Shown here in pieces: positions 9,743 to 18,666 of a DNA stretch of 64,000 nt. The notes beneath the pieces are model-generated. The model searched no databases. It saw only the letters and a program-made list of their open reading frames with translations, and was not told the DNA's origin. The stretch is from Candidatus Latescibacterota bacterium (GTDB taxonomy: Bacteria; Latescibacterota; UBA2968; GCA-2709665). The stretch lies in the NCBI GenBank assembly GCA_963667175.2, contig CAXXXF010000015.1:32001-96000 (forward strand), in the 5' to 3' direction. The translations under genes and the position numbers were made by a program. How positions within the stretch are numbered: position 1 is the first letter of the stretch; each line of letters starts with the position of its first letter.

Positions 9743-10024
9743 ATGCGCTGGCCCGAGATATGCAAAGACCGTCCCGATAAGTGGCTGATTGTTGAGGCAT
9801 TAGAAGCCCATACAACCTCTGATTGTCGGCGGCATCTGAATCGTCTGACAGTGGTTGAAGAATGCCCGGATGGCAAAACAGCTATGAAACGGAATCAGAC
9901 CCTTCACCATCAATATCCCGAACGGGAATATTATTATCTCCATACCAGTCGTGATTCACTTGATATTCAAGTAAGACAATCGTCGGGTATTCGTGCGCTG
10001 TATGCAACTGGTACGCAGGTATGA
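9743..10024 (+). CDS. Small hypothetical protein of the type found upstream of retropepsin-like proteases
   Basis: MRWPEI...PDKWLIVEALEAH...HHQYPEREYYYLHTSR; AGAGG upstream; overlaps the aspartic protease remnant. Confidence 0.6.
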   Translation: MRWPEICKDRPDKWLIVEALEAHTTSDCRRHLNRLTVVEECPDGKTAMKRNQTLHHQYPEREYYYLHTSRDSLDIQVRQSSGIRALYATGTQV

Positions 10025-10163
10025 TCTGCCATTTACATCGGTGTCTATTGACTATCGGGGATCAACTATTGAGATCCCTCAAGTCCTGGTCGATACCGGA
10101 TCAGCCAGCACGGTAATATCCTCCGATCCTGACGGGCGGCACGCATTTCGACGAGTTCGATGA
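10002..10163 (+). pseudogene. Truncated retropepsin-like aspartic protease
   Basis: MQLVRRYDLPFTSVSIDYRGSTIEIPQVLVDTGSASTVISSD... has the DTGS motif but stops after 53 aa. Confidence 0.65.
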
Positions 10164-10220
10164 ACGCGGTCCGACGGACTGAAAAATCCCCCTTGAACGG
10201 GAGCGAACGCCTGTTTCCTC

Positions 10221-10249
10221 TTGACAGTTTAAGTGCCGATTGGGATATT
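10221..10249 (+). promoter_or_regulatory. Putative sigma70 promoter of tRNA-Leu
   Basis: TTGACA-N17-GATATT about 22 nt upstream of the tRNA. Confidence 0.55.
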
Positions 10250-10271
10250 TGTCGCCCCATGAATCAATGAC

Positions 10272-10358
<87 letters not shown>

Positions 10359-10368
10359 GAACCAAAGA

Positions 10369-10400
10369 AAGGCACCTGCGAAAGCGGGTGCCTTGTTCTT
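10369..10400 (+). terminator. Intrinsic terminator after tRNA-Leu
   Basis: AAGGCACCTGC-GAAA-GCGGGTGCCTT followed by GTTCTT. Confidence 0.7.
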
Positions 10401-10548
10401 CTCCAATAAGAATTATGACTAAGTGTAACTCAATCTCAACCGAATTCGGCTATGCGCCTTGCCACGTTGCTTCCATTAGCTCAAATGTCCCAAAAACTAC
10501 GTTAACGATATCCGATCTGTCACTAATATTCGAAGGAGTAATAACAAA

Positions 10549-11649
10549 ATGGCAAAACACACAGTCTATATTGATGAAAGTGGGAATACTGGTGCCAATT
10601 TCCTGGATGAAACTCAGCCCATTCTTGTTTTACTTGGAGTGGGAATTCCCCACGAATCAATGTCAGATATCCTATTGAGACTTGATGAGGCAAAAAGGAA
10701 GTTCGGCTATTCTGTAGATCATCCGTTACACGCGAGGAATATCGCCCAGCGAACCAGAGAGCGTCTTTGCCAGAAAGTATTGAATTTGTTGATGGAGTAC
10801 GAATTCAACCTGTTTGTGTCCGTTTCAGAAAAGGAATATGTCTTGGCTACGATAATCTATGATTATTTTTTTGATCCGGCGTACAATGATCATTGCGATG
10901 TGACATGGACCCACCCATCACACATGAAACCTGAACGAGCTGATTTTATATACAATTGTCTTTCTGACGATGCCTGGCGAGTCTGTGGTCAAGCGTTTCG
11001 AAATGGCGACAAGATGCAACAGGCGTACGAGTTGGTTCTTAATGACATCAAGAACAAGACTTGCGATATTGACCTTTACCCAATCCTTCAAGGAGCGAAA
11101 GCCCATATCGACGAATTGGCAACGGCGTTTGCGTCTTCCTCTAAAGCTGATCCTAGCGGCCGTTTGCCGACTGGTGTCCGCAATTCTCCCAATATTCTCG
11201 GATTTTGTGGACTTACGAACAAGATTGAACAGTACTACGGTAAACTCGGACAGGAAGTAACAATTATGTTTGATCATTCAAGACAGTATACGGTTGCATT
11301 CCTTGATATGTTCTCGCGGTTACGGGACGCCAAGAACGCCAAACTGAAGATGAAGGGAACGCTGCCATTACAATTGGGATATAATGCACTAAAGCGATTT
11401 GATGCAGACAAATCCAAGAAAAATAGCTTCTTGCAGTTGTCCGATTTGGTGGCTACATCAGTGATGGACTGCCTATTAAAAGCACACAAGGGTGTTTCCC
11501 TGTCTGTAGATGAGGCATGTCTGTTATACCTAATTGTGGATTACTGGGGAAAATTCGAGGAGACCTTCTGCGATTTTTCGGTCTCTACGCGTTTTCTGAG
11601 ACAGGTCGGAGACGCAATTGGGTCTGCCTCAGATGTGACGACGAGATAG
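10549..11649 (+). CDS. DUF3800-like protein (RNase H-like fold)
   Basis: N-terminal YIDESGNTG and C-terminal LQLSDLVA (QxxD) motifs; AAGGAG RBS. Confidence 0.7.
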   Translation: MAKHTVYIDESGNTGANFLDETQPILVLLGVGIPHESMSDILLRLDEAKRKFGYSVDHPLHARNIAQRTRERLCQKVLNLLMEYEFNLFVSVSEKEYVLATIIYDYFFDPAYNDHCDVTWTHPSHMKPERADFIYNCLSDDAWRVCGQAFRNGDKMQQAYELVLNDIKNKTCDIDLYPILQGAKAHIDELATAFASSSKADPSGRLPTGVRNSPNILGFCGLTNKIEQYYGKLGQEVTIMFDHSRQYTVAFLDMFSRLRDAKNAKLKMKGTLPLQLGYNALKRFDADKSKKNSFLQLSDLVATSVMDCLLKAHKGVSLSVDEACLLYLIVDYWGKFEETFCDFSVSTRFLRQVGDAIGSASDVTTR

Positions 11650-11752
11650 CATACGAACAGAATCTTTGACGTTGAAGTGTCCTTCGTTTTGTGTGCTTGT
11701 ACCCACGTGTTTTATTAACCTTTCCTCACAGATAATTGTTAAGGGTATTGAA

Positions 11753-12217
11753 ATGAGTGATCTTGAAGAATTCCCAGGCATTAAGTACGCATATCCATTA
11801 GCGGTGGAGAGCTATACAATAATGCAACAGCGATTTGATGCCGTTAATGGGTTGCTGCAACAATCTCTAACAACCATAATATCCTTAAATCTAGGTGTTG
11901 TGGCATTGTTACGAATTTTCCCAGATAAGGAAGCCACTTGCCTCTTTATGATTGCTGTTGGTCTTGGTTGTGCTGCGGCGATAACAGCAATTGCTGGAAG
12001 ATTATGGTTAAGGATTTCTGCACTTGATCCAAAACTTGTGTGGGAACATGCATTGAGGAAGGATGAATTCGAATTTAAGAAAGACCTGATTTTTGGTGCC
12101 GGGGAATCATTTGCGAAAAATAGACGGCGAGTAGCACAGAAACAAGGGTGTTCGGCTATTGCCCTAATTCTTATGTTTGTGGAGGTTGTGATTATTGGCG
12201 TTTGGATGATTCAGTAG
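11753..12217 (+). CDS. Three-TM membrane protein (Pycsar-effector-like topology)
   Basis: QRFDAVN followed by two hydrophobic helices, a soluble loop, then KNRRRVAQK and a C-terminal TM helix. Confidence 0.6.
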   Translation: MSDLEEFPGIKYAYPLAVESYTIMQQRFDAVNGLLQQSLTTIISLNLGVVALLRIFPDKEATCLFMIAVGLGCAAAITAIAGRLWLRISALDPKLVWEHALRKDEFEFKKDLIFGAGESFAKNRRRVAQKQGCSAIALILMFVEVVIIGVWMIQ

Positions 12218-12374
12218 CCTCTTCCCTATTAATAGGCTCAATTATGGTTGTCGTGTCGTAGTTCTTATCATCATAGGTTTCTGTATGAATTGGTGGCGTT
12301 ACTGGTGGTTCCGGAGTTGTTTGGGCCTGCTGGTCGGTTGAACTGTCCTTAGGGTCATTTCCGTTTTTGGGCAT
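12192..12374 (-). CDS. Small Pro/Thr/acidic disordered peptide (60 aa)
   Basis: AAAGGAG RBS just upstream of ATG 12374; overlaps the TM gene tail-to-tail by 26 nt. Confidence 0.4.
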   Translation of the reverse strand: MPKNGNDPKDSSTDQQAQTTPEPPVTPPIHTETYDDKNYDTTTIIEPINREEATESSKRQ

Positions 12375-12594
12375 TTTATGCTCCTTTCGTCCTTGAAGAG
12401 TATTATGGTTAGTGTCGGAAGAATTCAACCCTCTGAGAGGAGTCGTGCGAGATATCGACAGCGTTGTCACCTAACCTATCTTCGGGTAAGGTCCGGCTAA
12501 TCACGGAACGGATTTTTGAAGGCGCGTGCAAGGTTGTCCATTGTAGGGCCATTGGGTGTGGTTTTCTATACGTCAATCGGTTAGTTCCGGTTCG

Positions 12595-14073
12595 CTACGT
12601 TTGTGTCAGGACGGCTTCCATAATATCCTTAGCAGTGCGCGGGGATGGCGAGACCGCTACCAAAGTCCGGAAGACCCTACGGTATATCGCAGCTTCGTCG
12701 GTGGAAATACTACTCAACGGCGTGCAGCTTTGTCCAGCTTGAAAGTTCTCCAACTTCCTCCCAACGGCTTCGAGTTGTTCGAAGGTGATTTCCAAACGGC
12801 CATTCATTGAGAGCATCTGGTTTCGGAGTTCGGCGAATTGGCTCAATGAACTTACTACCAATGCGCTGGCATCTTCAGGAGCCAGATATCCAGATACGGC
12901 CAATTCATATGTCTCCTCCAATTGACACAGCACGGAATAAAGCTTGCGGTTATTGTTCCGTGTCGTGGATGCCTTTCGACATCGTGCAGATGTTCTGCGA
13001 AAGACGGCACCAAGATGGTTTTCGAGATTTCTGATGTGGGGACCGGGTTCGAAGTAATCGCGACGCCCATTTGGCACGATGCGAGAATCTAGAACGTGTA
13101 TTTCCCCAATGCACCAACGGTTAAACCGCTCCTCGGGAAAAAGGTGTTCAAATGCGGACTCATCGCCGACCTGTATATTTCCCACACGCGCTCGGATTCC
13201 TCTGATTCCTGTTTCCTTCGGTATTGCTCCTAGGTATGAGGAATGCCCGATCCATCCTATTGCGGCAATTCCGTTCCCATCGGCAGACGGGATATAGATC
13301 TCTTCGAAATCGGTAAAGGTGTCCTCTCGCTCTTTTGACAACCGGATCGTGTCACCATATCGTCGTGTTATGGATGATTCTTCATCGTCCAGCACAATAT
13401 CAAGCGTTAATGGCGATGTGTCTTGTTCAAACAGAGTGATGACTCTTGAAGCATATGGAAACTTGGTCGAAATCGGAACGGGACAAATGTCTGCGATGTA
13501 ATCTCGAACAGCGACACGGTTTAGAATTCTCGACGCGGCATGCCGTCCTACGCCGCAAATCCTAACTTCGAAAAAGTTAGCAGGATAATCAGACCCTGGA
13601 AGAGTTTCAATTTCGACGCACTCGTGAATCACACGATCGTTTTCGCAGTGTTGACGTACTCGTTCTCGAAGCTTTGTACCATCCCAGACAACGCGGGTAA
13701 CGGGGTCACCGTGCCGAGTACGCGTAAAAAATGAAACAGAGTCAGCAAACGCGAGACCGGATAGACGTCCGATACCGCGAAAGCCCCTGTCTGTCCCTTG
13801 TCGCTTCTGGCTACGAGCGACCGGAAGTAACGCTCGGACCGCCGCTTCTTTAGATAGACCCGGACCATTGTCGGTAATACTGACGCTCGAGCTCGACGGG
13901 TCGATCTTGATTCTTACCTGACCTAGAGAGCCATTGCCCACCGTCGAGAGTGCATCCGCTGCGTTCTGGATGTATTCGCGGTAAACGGCAAGCGGATTAT
14001 CGTACATCCCAGAAGTAATGAGACCCCAAATATCGCCGCCGATAAATGGTGCAAATCCTTCTTTATCTTTCAT
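12595..14073 (-). CDS. GHKL (MORC/Hsp90-like) ATPase
   Basis: REYIQNAADA, DNGPG and GFRGIGRLSG Bergerat-fold motifs; later GNIQVG...GEIHV...PNGRRDYFE; start set at ATG 14073. Confidence 0.85.
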   Translation of the reverse strand: MKDKEGFAPFIGGDIWGLITSGMYDNPLAVYREYIQNAADALSTVGNGSLGQVRIKIDPSSSSVSITDNGPGLSKEAAVRALLPVARSQKRQGTDRGFRGIGRLSGLAFADSVSFFTRTRHGDPVTRVVWDGTKLRERVRQHCENDRVIHECVEIETLPGSDYPANFFEVRICGVGRHAASRILNRVAVRDYIADICPVPISTKFPYASRVITLFEQDTSPLTLDIVLDDEESSITRRYGDTIRLSKEREDTFTDFEEIYIPSADGNGIAAIGWIGHSSYLGAIPKETGIRGIRARVGNIQVGDESAFEHLFPEERFNRWCIGEIHVLDSRIVPNGRRDYFEPGPHIRNLENHLGAVFRRTSARCRKASTTRNNNRKLYSVLCQLEETYELAVSGYLAPEDASALVVSSLSQFAELRNQMLSMNGRLEITFEQLEAVGRKLENFQAGQSCTPLSSISTDEAAIYRRVFRTLVAVSPSPRTAKDIMEAVLTQT

Positions 14074-14095
14074 TTCTCTTTCCACAATGTGAGAC

Positions 14096-15739
14096 TTAGT
14101 TTGTGAGCTTAGATGATCCCTTACTTTCTCTACGTAGCGAGTACTCGTGGTCGAAGAGCCCCGCATCCTCGACGACCTCATCTTCTTTAGGCATTGCAAA
14201 TCTTGTGCCGGATTCGGGAAACAAATCTAACGCTTGACTGTGTCTGACATCCGGCTTGTCTTTTGTGTCCAGCAGGTGAAACTGCATGACTTCTCGAATA
14301 AGCCTGTCCACGCTTCTGTCGTTCCCAAGCATTCGATAATGTTCTCGTCGTAAACCCGTCCCTTGTGCTGGCTCCGAAAGATGATTAATCAGTTCTCGGT
14401 TTTGACTCTCTGATAATCGCTTACGTAGCGACATATACTCATCGAGTTCTGCTCGACCGTCGCCATTTTCGTAGTGGTCACGATAGAAGATAAACGCATG
14501 TGGAAGGCTCAGCAGCCTTTCAAATGCCCCCTCGTCCTCCCCATAAGCCCGTACAAAGAAGGAAGGGTTGCCACTAACTATTCCGTGAGTCGCTTGAAGC
14601 ATAATCTGGAATGAACGAAGATAGTACCTGTACCAGTTTTTCCCTACATGTGAACGATCCTTCAACGTGACTGGTTGATACCGCATTGGGAATGACCAGA
14701 TTCGAACCCCCAACTCCTCGTTCAGTGCTATGTTCAGACGCATACGTTTATACAAGTCTCGGGGGGTATCCATGAAGTTGTAGAGCATGTAATTGGACAA
14801 CGAGGTAATTCCGTTTTCTGCCGCCATTCGGACCGCGATTTCATATACCTTGCGGACGCCCATATGGTCGAACGCGATGCGAAGAGGACTGATACATATT
14901 GTCGCCATCTCCCGCAGAAACATTGGCGACTTTGCCAGTATTCGAGCATCAACACCTTGGTTGAAATCGACACGGCGATTGACTGGGCGTTGACCATCTC
15001 GGTGAAGTTTTGCGCCAGGCTTGAAACCAAGGTCACGGATTTCAGCGATCACTTCCTTGTAACGCCACGAAGCGGTGATGTTGTTGTCCATCAATACAAG
15101 GTCTTTTTTCGGTCCATACATGGTTTCAACACCATCAACGAGTTTCGCAAGTGGTGGCATTTCTTTTTGTCCACCCTCAAGTTTGGGGACTCCACAGAAG
15201 GCGCACTTCCGCACGCAGCCCCGCGAGGCGTACCCAAAATAAGCGTCACGCACCGGATAGCGGTAATCGATATGTTCGAGGATGCTGTAGTCCGGGACCA
15301 ATTCCTCTATCGGCGTACTTCGCAGGTCATCCGCGCCAAAGTCGCCATCGTCTTCAGACAACGCGAGCGCTGCAGCTGGAGGTCCGCCCAGTAATCCTTT
15401 GATAAATCGAACACCTGCCCAACGCGGTTCGTTCACGAACTCGTCGTACATTAAGGAGGCCGCAATTCCTCCTACGAACACACGCTCGGGTTGGTTGCCG
15501 GCTGCTTGAATGGCAAAATCAATCGCTGCCGCTGTACGTTTCCACTCGAAACTAAAAAGCGTTGTTACATAAACTCGGTCCCACGGTTCAAGCAAGACAT
15601 CGTTCGCTTTACCCTTGATAAAACGCACCCTGTCACCACGCCCCTGGTGGCCGTGGTAGGATGCCAGCTTCATCAAACCGAGGGGTGGGTACTTGTTAGG
15701 ATAACCTGGTTCGATTAGTAGCACGTTTTTTCGAGTCAT
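14096..15739 (-). CDS. Radical SAM protein with B12-binding-like N-terminal domain
   Basis: SRGCVRKCAFC (CxxxCxxC), LMDNN, VDFNQGVDAR, RIAFD, YMLYNF; N-terminal VLLIEP..KYPPLGLMKLA...VGGIAASL. Confidence 0.85.
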   Translation of the reverse strand: MTRKNVLLIEPGYPNKYPPLGLMKLASYHGHQGRGDRVRFIKGKANDVLLEPWDRVYVTTLFSFEWKRTAAAIDFAIQAAGNQPERVFVGGIAASLMYDEFVNEPRWAGVRFIKGLLGGPPAAALALSEDDGDFGADDLRSTPIEELVPDYSILEHIDYRYPVRDAYFGYASRGCVRKCAFCGVPKLEGGQKEMPPLAKLVDGVETMYGPKKDLVLMDNNITASWRYKEVIAEIRDLGFKPGAKLHRDGQRPVNRRVDFNQGVDARILAKSPMFLREMATICISPLRIAFDHMGVRKVYEIAVRMAAENGITSLSNYMLYNFMDTPRDLYKRMRLNIALNEELGVRIWSFPMRYQPVTLKDRSHVGKNWYRYYLRSFQIMLQATHGIVSGNPSFFVRAYGEDEGAFERLLSLPHAFIFYRDHYENGDGRAELDEYMSLRKRLSESQNRELINHLSEPAQGTGLRREHYRMLGNDRSVDRLIREVMQFHLLDTKDKPDVRHSQALDLFPESGTRFAMPKEDEVVEDAGLFDHEYSLRRESKGSSKLTN

Positions 15740-16746
15740 TTTGTGCCAAATACCTCAATCATCTTGTTGATTCTTCTCATTTGTTGTGATAATCTGCGGA
15801 CGGCTTGTCTAAACGCGTTGAAATTACTCTGATCCAACTGTGAGACCTCCTTCCGAGACACATCATCCAGCAGTACCCAGGCTTGCCTTACATTTTCTTC
15901 CACCTTACTAATCTTTGCGAGTTGAAATCCTTCATCTAGTTCGATTTTTCCATCGGAAAACTTCTTCAGGACTTTTGGCTTTTTAAGAATCACAGGTAGT
16001 TTCTTCCTAAGGTCTTGTGCAGTGAACTTGTGTTCCTCGACCTCACTTTCCATGTTCTTTATCTTCCCAAAGAGAACTTCGGTGAGTTTGTCTGATTTCT
16101 CCATTTCCTTTAGAACTGACGTGTTACGTACCAAGACATCGTAGTAACTAAAATGGGACCGATCGTTATCCTCGTTGTGCTTCATCATTTCAACTACTTT
16201 GACCCTTGTACGTATTGTGACGCTAGATTCGCCAAACAATTCTGCGACTTTGTCGACACTCCATCCTTGATCTTTGCGCACGTAAGCAAAATTGGCCTTT
16301 TCATAAGCAGACCACTGTGTCTTTCCCTTTACGTGAATTTGATTCAAAAATGCTGCCTGCTGGTCGTCTGTTAGACCCGTTACTACGTTGCATTGAATCC
16401 GCTCCCAGTCCCCCGGCTCACCTTGTTGATGTAACTTTCGATAAACCGCCAATCTTGAATTGCCCTCAATTACCTCCATCGTGTCTCTTCGAATTAAGAT
16501 TGGCTCGATAAGGCCGCCGTGGCGCACAATCTCTGGAACCAGTTTCCTCACGCTCGGTTCCTCAAGCAATTTCTTATAGATCAGATCTTGTTTCTCTTCC
16601 TCGATTAACTGGGCGAAATCAGGTTCCGAGTGCATACAGGCATAAACTCTAGGATTATCCTTGAGAAATTTAAGTTTGTAGATGTCTTCATCGCCGTTAG
16701 CAAGATAGATGGATTCACCCAAAATTCTCATTTCGTTATTTGCCAT
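15736..16746 (-). CDS. ParB/Srx-like N-terminal domain protein (paralogue 2)
   Basis: DNPRV, GGLIEPILI, VIEGNSRLAV, HVKGKTQWSAYEKA; ATGA overlap with the radical SAM gene. Confidence 0.8.
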   Translation of the reverse strand: MANNEMRILGESIYLANGDEDIYKLKFLKDNPRVYACMHSEPDFAQLIEEEKQDLIYKKLLEEPSVRKLVPEIVRHGGLIEPILIRRDTMEVIEGNSRLAVYRKLHQQGEPGDWERIQCNVVTGLTDDQQAAFLNQIHVKGKTQWSAYEKANFAYVRKDQGWSVDKVAELFGESSVTIRTRVKVVEMMKHNEDNDRSHFSYYDVLVRNTSVLKEMEKSDKLTEVLFGKIKNMESEVEEHKFTAQDLRKKLPVILKKPKVLKKFSDGKIELDEGFQLAKISKVEENVRQAWVLLDDVSRKEVSQLDQSNFNAFRQAVRRLSQQMRRINKMIEVFGTK

Positions 16747-16771
16747 GTCGTGTCAACCCTTCCGATGGCGA

Positions 16772-18238
16772 CTACGCAGCGCTTACGGGGACGAGTAGCT
16801 CTGTCAATGTACCCTTCAGATCATGAGCGAAAACTGTATCGAACTCTTCGCGTGATACGTCACCTTGTGTTAACTGTGCCGCCTGATACTTTGCATTCAA
16901 CAGCATGTCGACCCACTCATCGATAGTGTTTCTAGCGATAAGGTTATGGACGAAACAATCTTCCGTTTGAGAAATCCGGTGGATGCGATCTTGTGCTTGT
17001 AGGTAGTCATCAAGACTGAATCCACGGTCATAGAATATCGCGTGATTTGCAACAGTCAATGTTAACCCTTCTTTTGCCGACCCGGGTGTAGCCAACAATA
17101 CCCTGCAGTTTGAGTTTGTCTTGAACCGTCTAATCGACTCGTTTCGATCATCCACGGACATATGGCCGTGGACTTTGCGTGGCATAAGATAATCTAGTTC
17201 GCGGCTTAACCATTCGACGTTTTTGATAAATCCTGTCCAAATAATCGCTTTGTTTGACCGAATATCGATTTCGTCAATCAACTCAGCCAACTTTGCCTGT
17301 TTTGCTGAGATTTCATCATAGGTCTCATCCACCAAGGTTGGATTTGAGGCACACTGCACCAAACGCAACAAGCGTTTCAGAATGTCTTCGGCATCATCTA
17401 ACGACAAGTCGTTTTCGGTTTGCATCTCGTAGCTCAGCGCATCTCTGTAAGACGCGTAGATTTCAGATTGACGAGGTGCGAGTTCGACCGAATGAGTAAG
17501 GATCGTCTTTTCGGGAAGCTCAATTCCTGCTGTCCGCTTCGTATCGCGTATCGAAAAACTCTTGATCTTCTCCATAACATTGGATAACCGGCTGCCATAC
17601 TCTGATGCGCAACGAGACTGCGACGGTAGGTCCAGCGCATCTTTGAACTCAGCGTACGAAGCCCCCAATGTTGTACCGCCATCGAGGAACTTTATCTGTG
17701 ACCAGATATCAAACGGGCGATTCGCGACAGGAGTTCCTGTCATGATTACACGTCGCGCAAAACAGTCGAAAATTGAATGGAAACTCGCCGAAATCCTTGA
17801 CTCTGGATTCTTAATCTTTTGGCTTTCGTCCAAAATCGCGGCTGCTCGGCACGTTGCCAGAAATTCCCCCAAGAGGTCGAGATTTGCTGAGACGACTTCG
17901 TAGTTCATTATGTAGATGAGAACCGGTGAATTTAGCGCAATGCTGTTATGGCGACGATTACCCGAAAGAACTCTAGGTGTGACAAATGAATGAGATACCA
18001 ACTCATCAAACCAATTTTGAACTAACGACTTCTTTGTTATAACGAACGTTGTATCAACTATGTCTTCACTTAGCCAATGCAACATTAGATCGATGGCAAT
18101 TTTGGTCTTTCCGAGCCCCTGCTCATGGAAAATTGCGGCATACGGTAAGGATTTGATGGACCTTACGGCATCAAGTTGATAAGGATAGGCGTCGTGTTTG
18201 GCGCTCAGTCGTGGGGGTTTTCTCAGCTTAAACGCCAT
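16772..18238 (-). CDS. SNF2-family (SF2) helicase/ATPase
   Basis: YPYQ, HEQGLGKT, LDESQKIKN, TGTP, EGLTLT, QAQDRIHRISQ. Confidence 0.9.
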   Translation of the reverse strand: MAFKLRKPPRLSAKHDAYPYQLDAVRSIKSLPYAAIFHEQGLGKTKIAIDLMLHWLSEDIVDTTFVITKKSLVQNWFDELVSHSFVTPRVLSGNRRHNSIALNSPVLIYIMNYEVVSANLDLLGEFLATCRAAAILDESQKIKNPESRISASFHSIFDCFARRVIMTGTPVANRPFDIWSQIKFLDGGTTLGASYAEFKDALDLPSQSRCASEYGSRLSNVMEKIKSFSIRDTKRTAGIELPEKTILTHSVELAPRQSEIYASYRDALSYEMQTENDLSLDDAEDILKRLLRLVQCASNPTLVDETYDEISAKQAKLAELIDEIDIRSNKAIIWTGFIKNVEWLSRELDYLMPRKVHGHMSVDDRNESIRRFKTNSNCRVLLATPGSAKEGLTLTVANHAIFYDRGFSLDDYLQAQDRIHRISQTEDCFVHNLIARNTIDEWVDMLLNAKYQAAQLTQGDVSREEFDTVFAHDLKGTLTELLVPVSAA

Positions 18239-18666
18239 GTTGGGTGCCCAATTGGGTCAAGTCTCCAGAAGTCACATCCGTCATGGACTTCAATCTGTGT
18301 CTTGCTCGCTTGTATGCGGGTTCGCGTGAATCGTAATATTGACTTGGCAAGGTCGGCCCTGCAGCCCGTCACCGAAAGTACGAATAATCCGAAACTCTTC
18401 CGTTCTAGATAAGTGATAAAGGTCTCTATCTGGTTGTACGTGTGAGTCCTTTCAACGTCCTTATCGGTCTTAGCTTCAGCTATAACAGCCGAATTTTCGA
18501 CCGTGTTAATTGCATACAAATCTGGTCGGTATCGGTCGATTAACGGAGGAATTGGCTCGCCAGGACTTTCTTGTAAGTCGGCGATTATCGAGAATTCAGG
18601 ATAACGAGACTCAAGTGCCTTAGCTACTTGGGTCACGAGGTCTCTGTGGGTATCACTCTGAGACAT
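18223..18666 (-). CDS. Small PD-(D/E)XK nuclease-fold protein
   Basis: H..LV helix, RPDLYA...IAEAKT (PD-x-ExK); start ATG 18666 overlaps the upstream stop. Confidence 0.65.
   Translation of the reverse strand: MSQSDTHRDLVTQVAKALESRYPEFSIIADLQESPGEPIPPLIDRYRPDLYAINTVENSAVIAEAKTDKDVERTHTYNQIETFITYLERKSFGLFVLSVTGCRADLAKSILRFTRTRIQASKTQIEVHDGCDFWRLDPIGHPTWRLS

Noticed and set aside
12595-14073. Chaperone HtpG, MutL or a histidine kinase
   Set aside because: Only the GHKL core is shared; no HtpG middle/C-terminal motifs, no MutL GFRGEAL motif and no H-box are seen, and the context is a DNA-processing operon.
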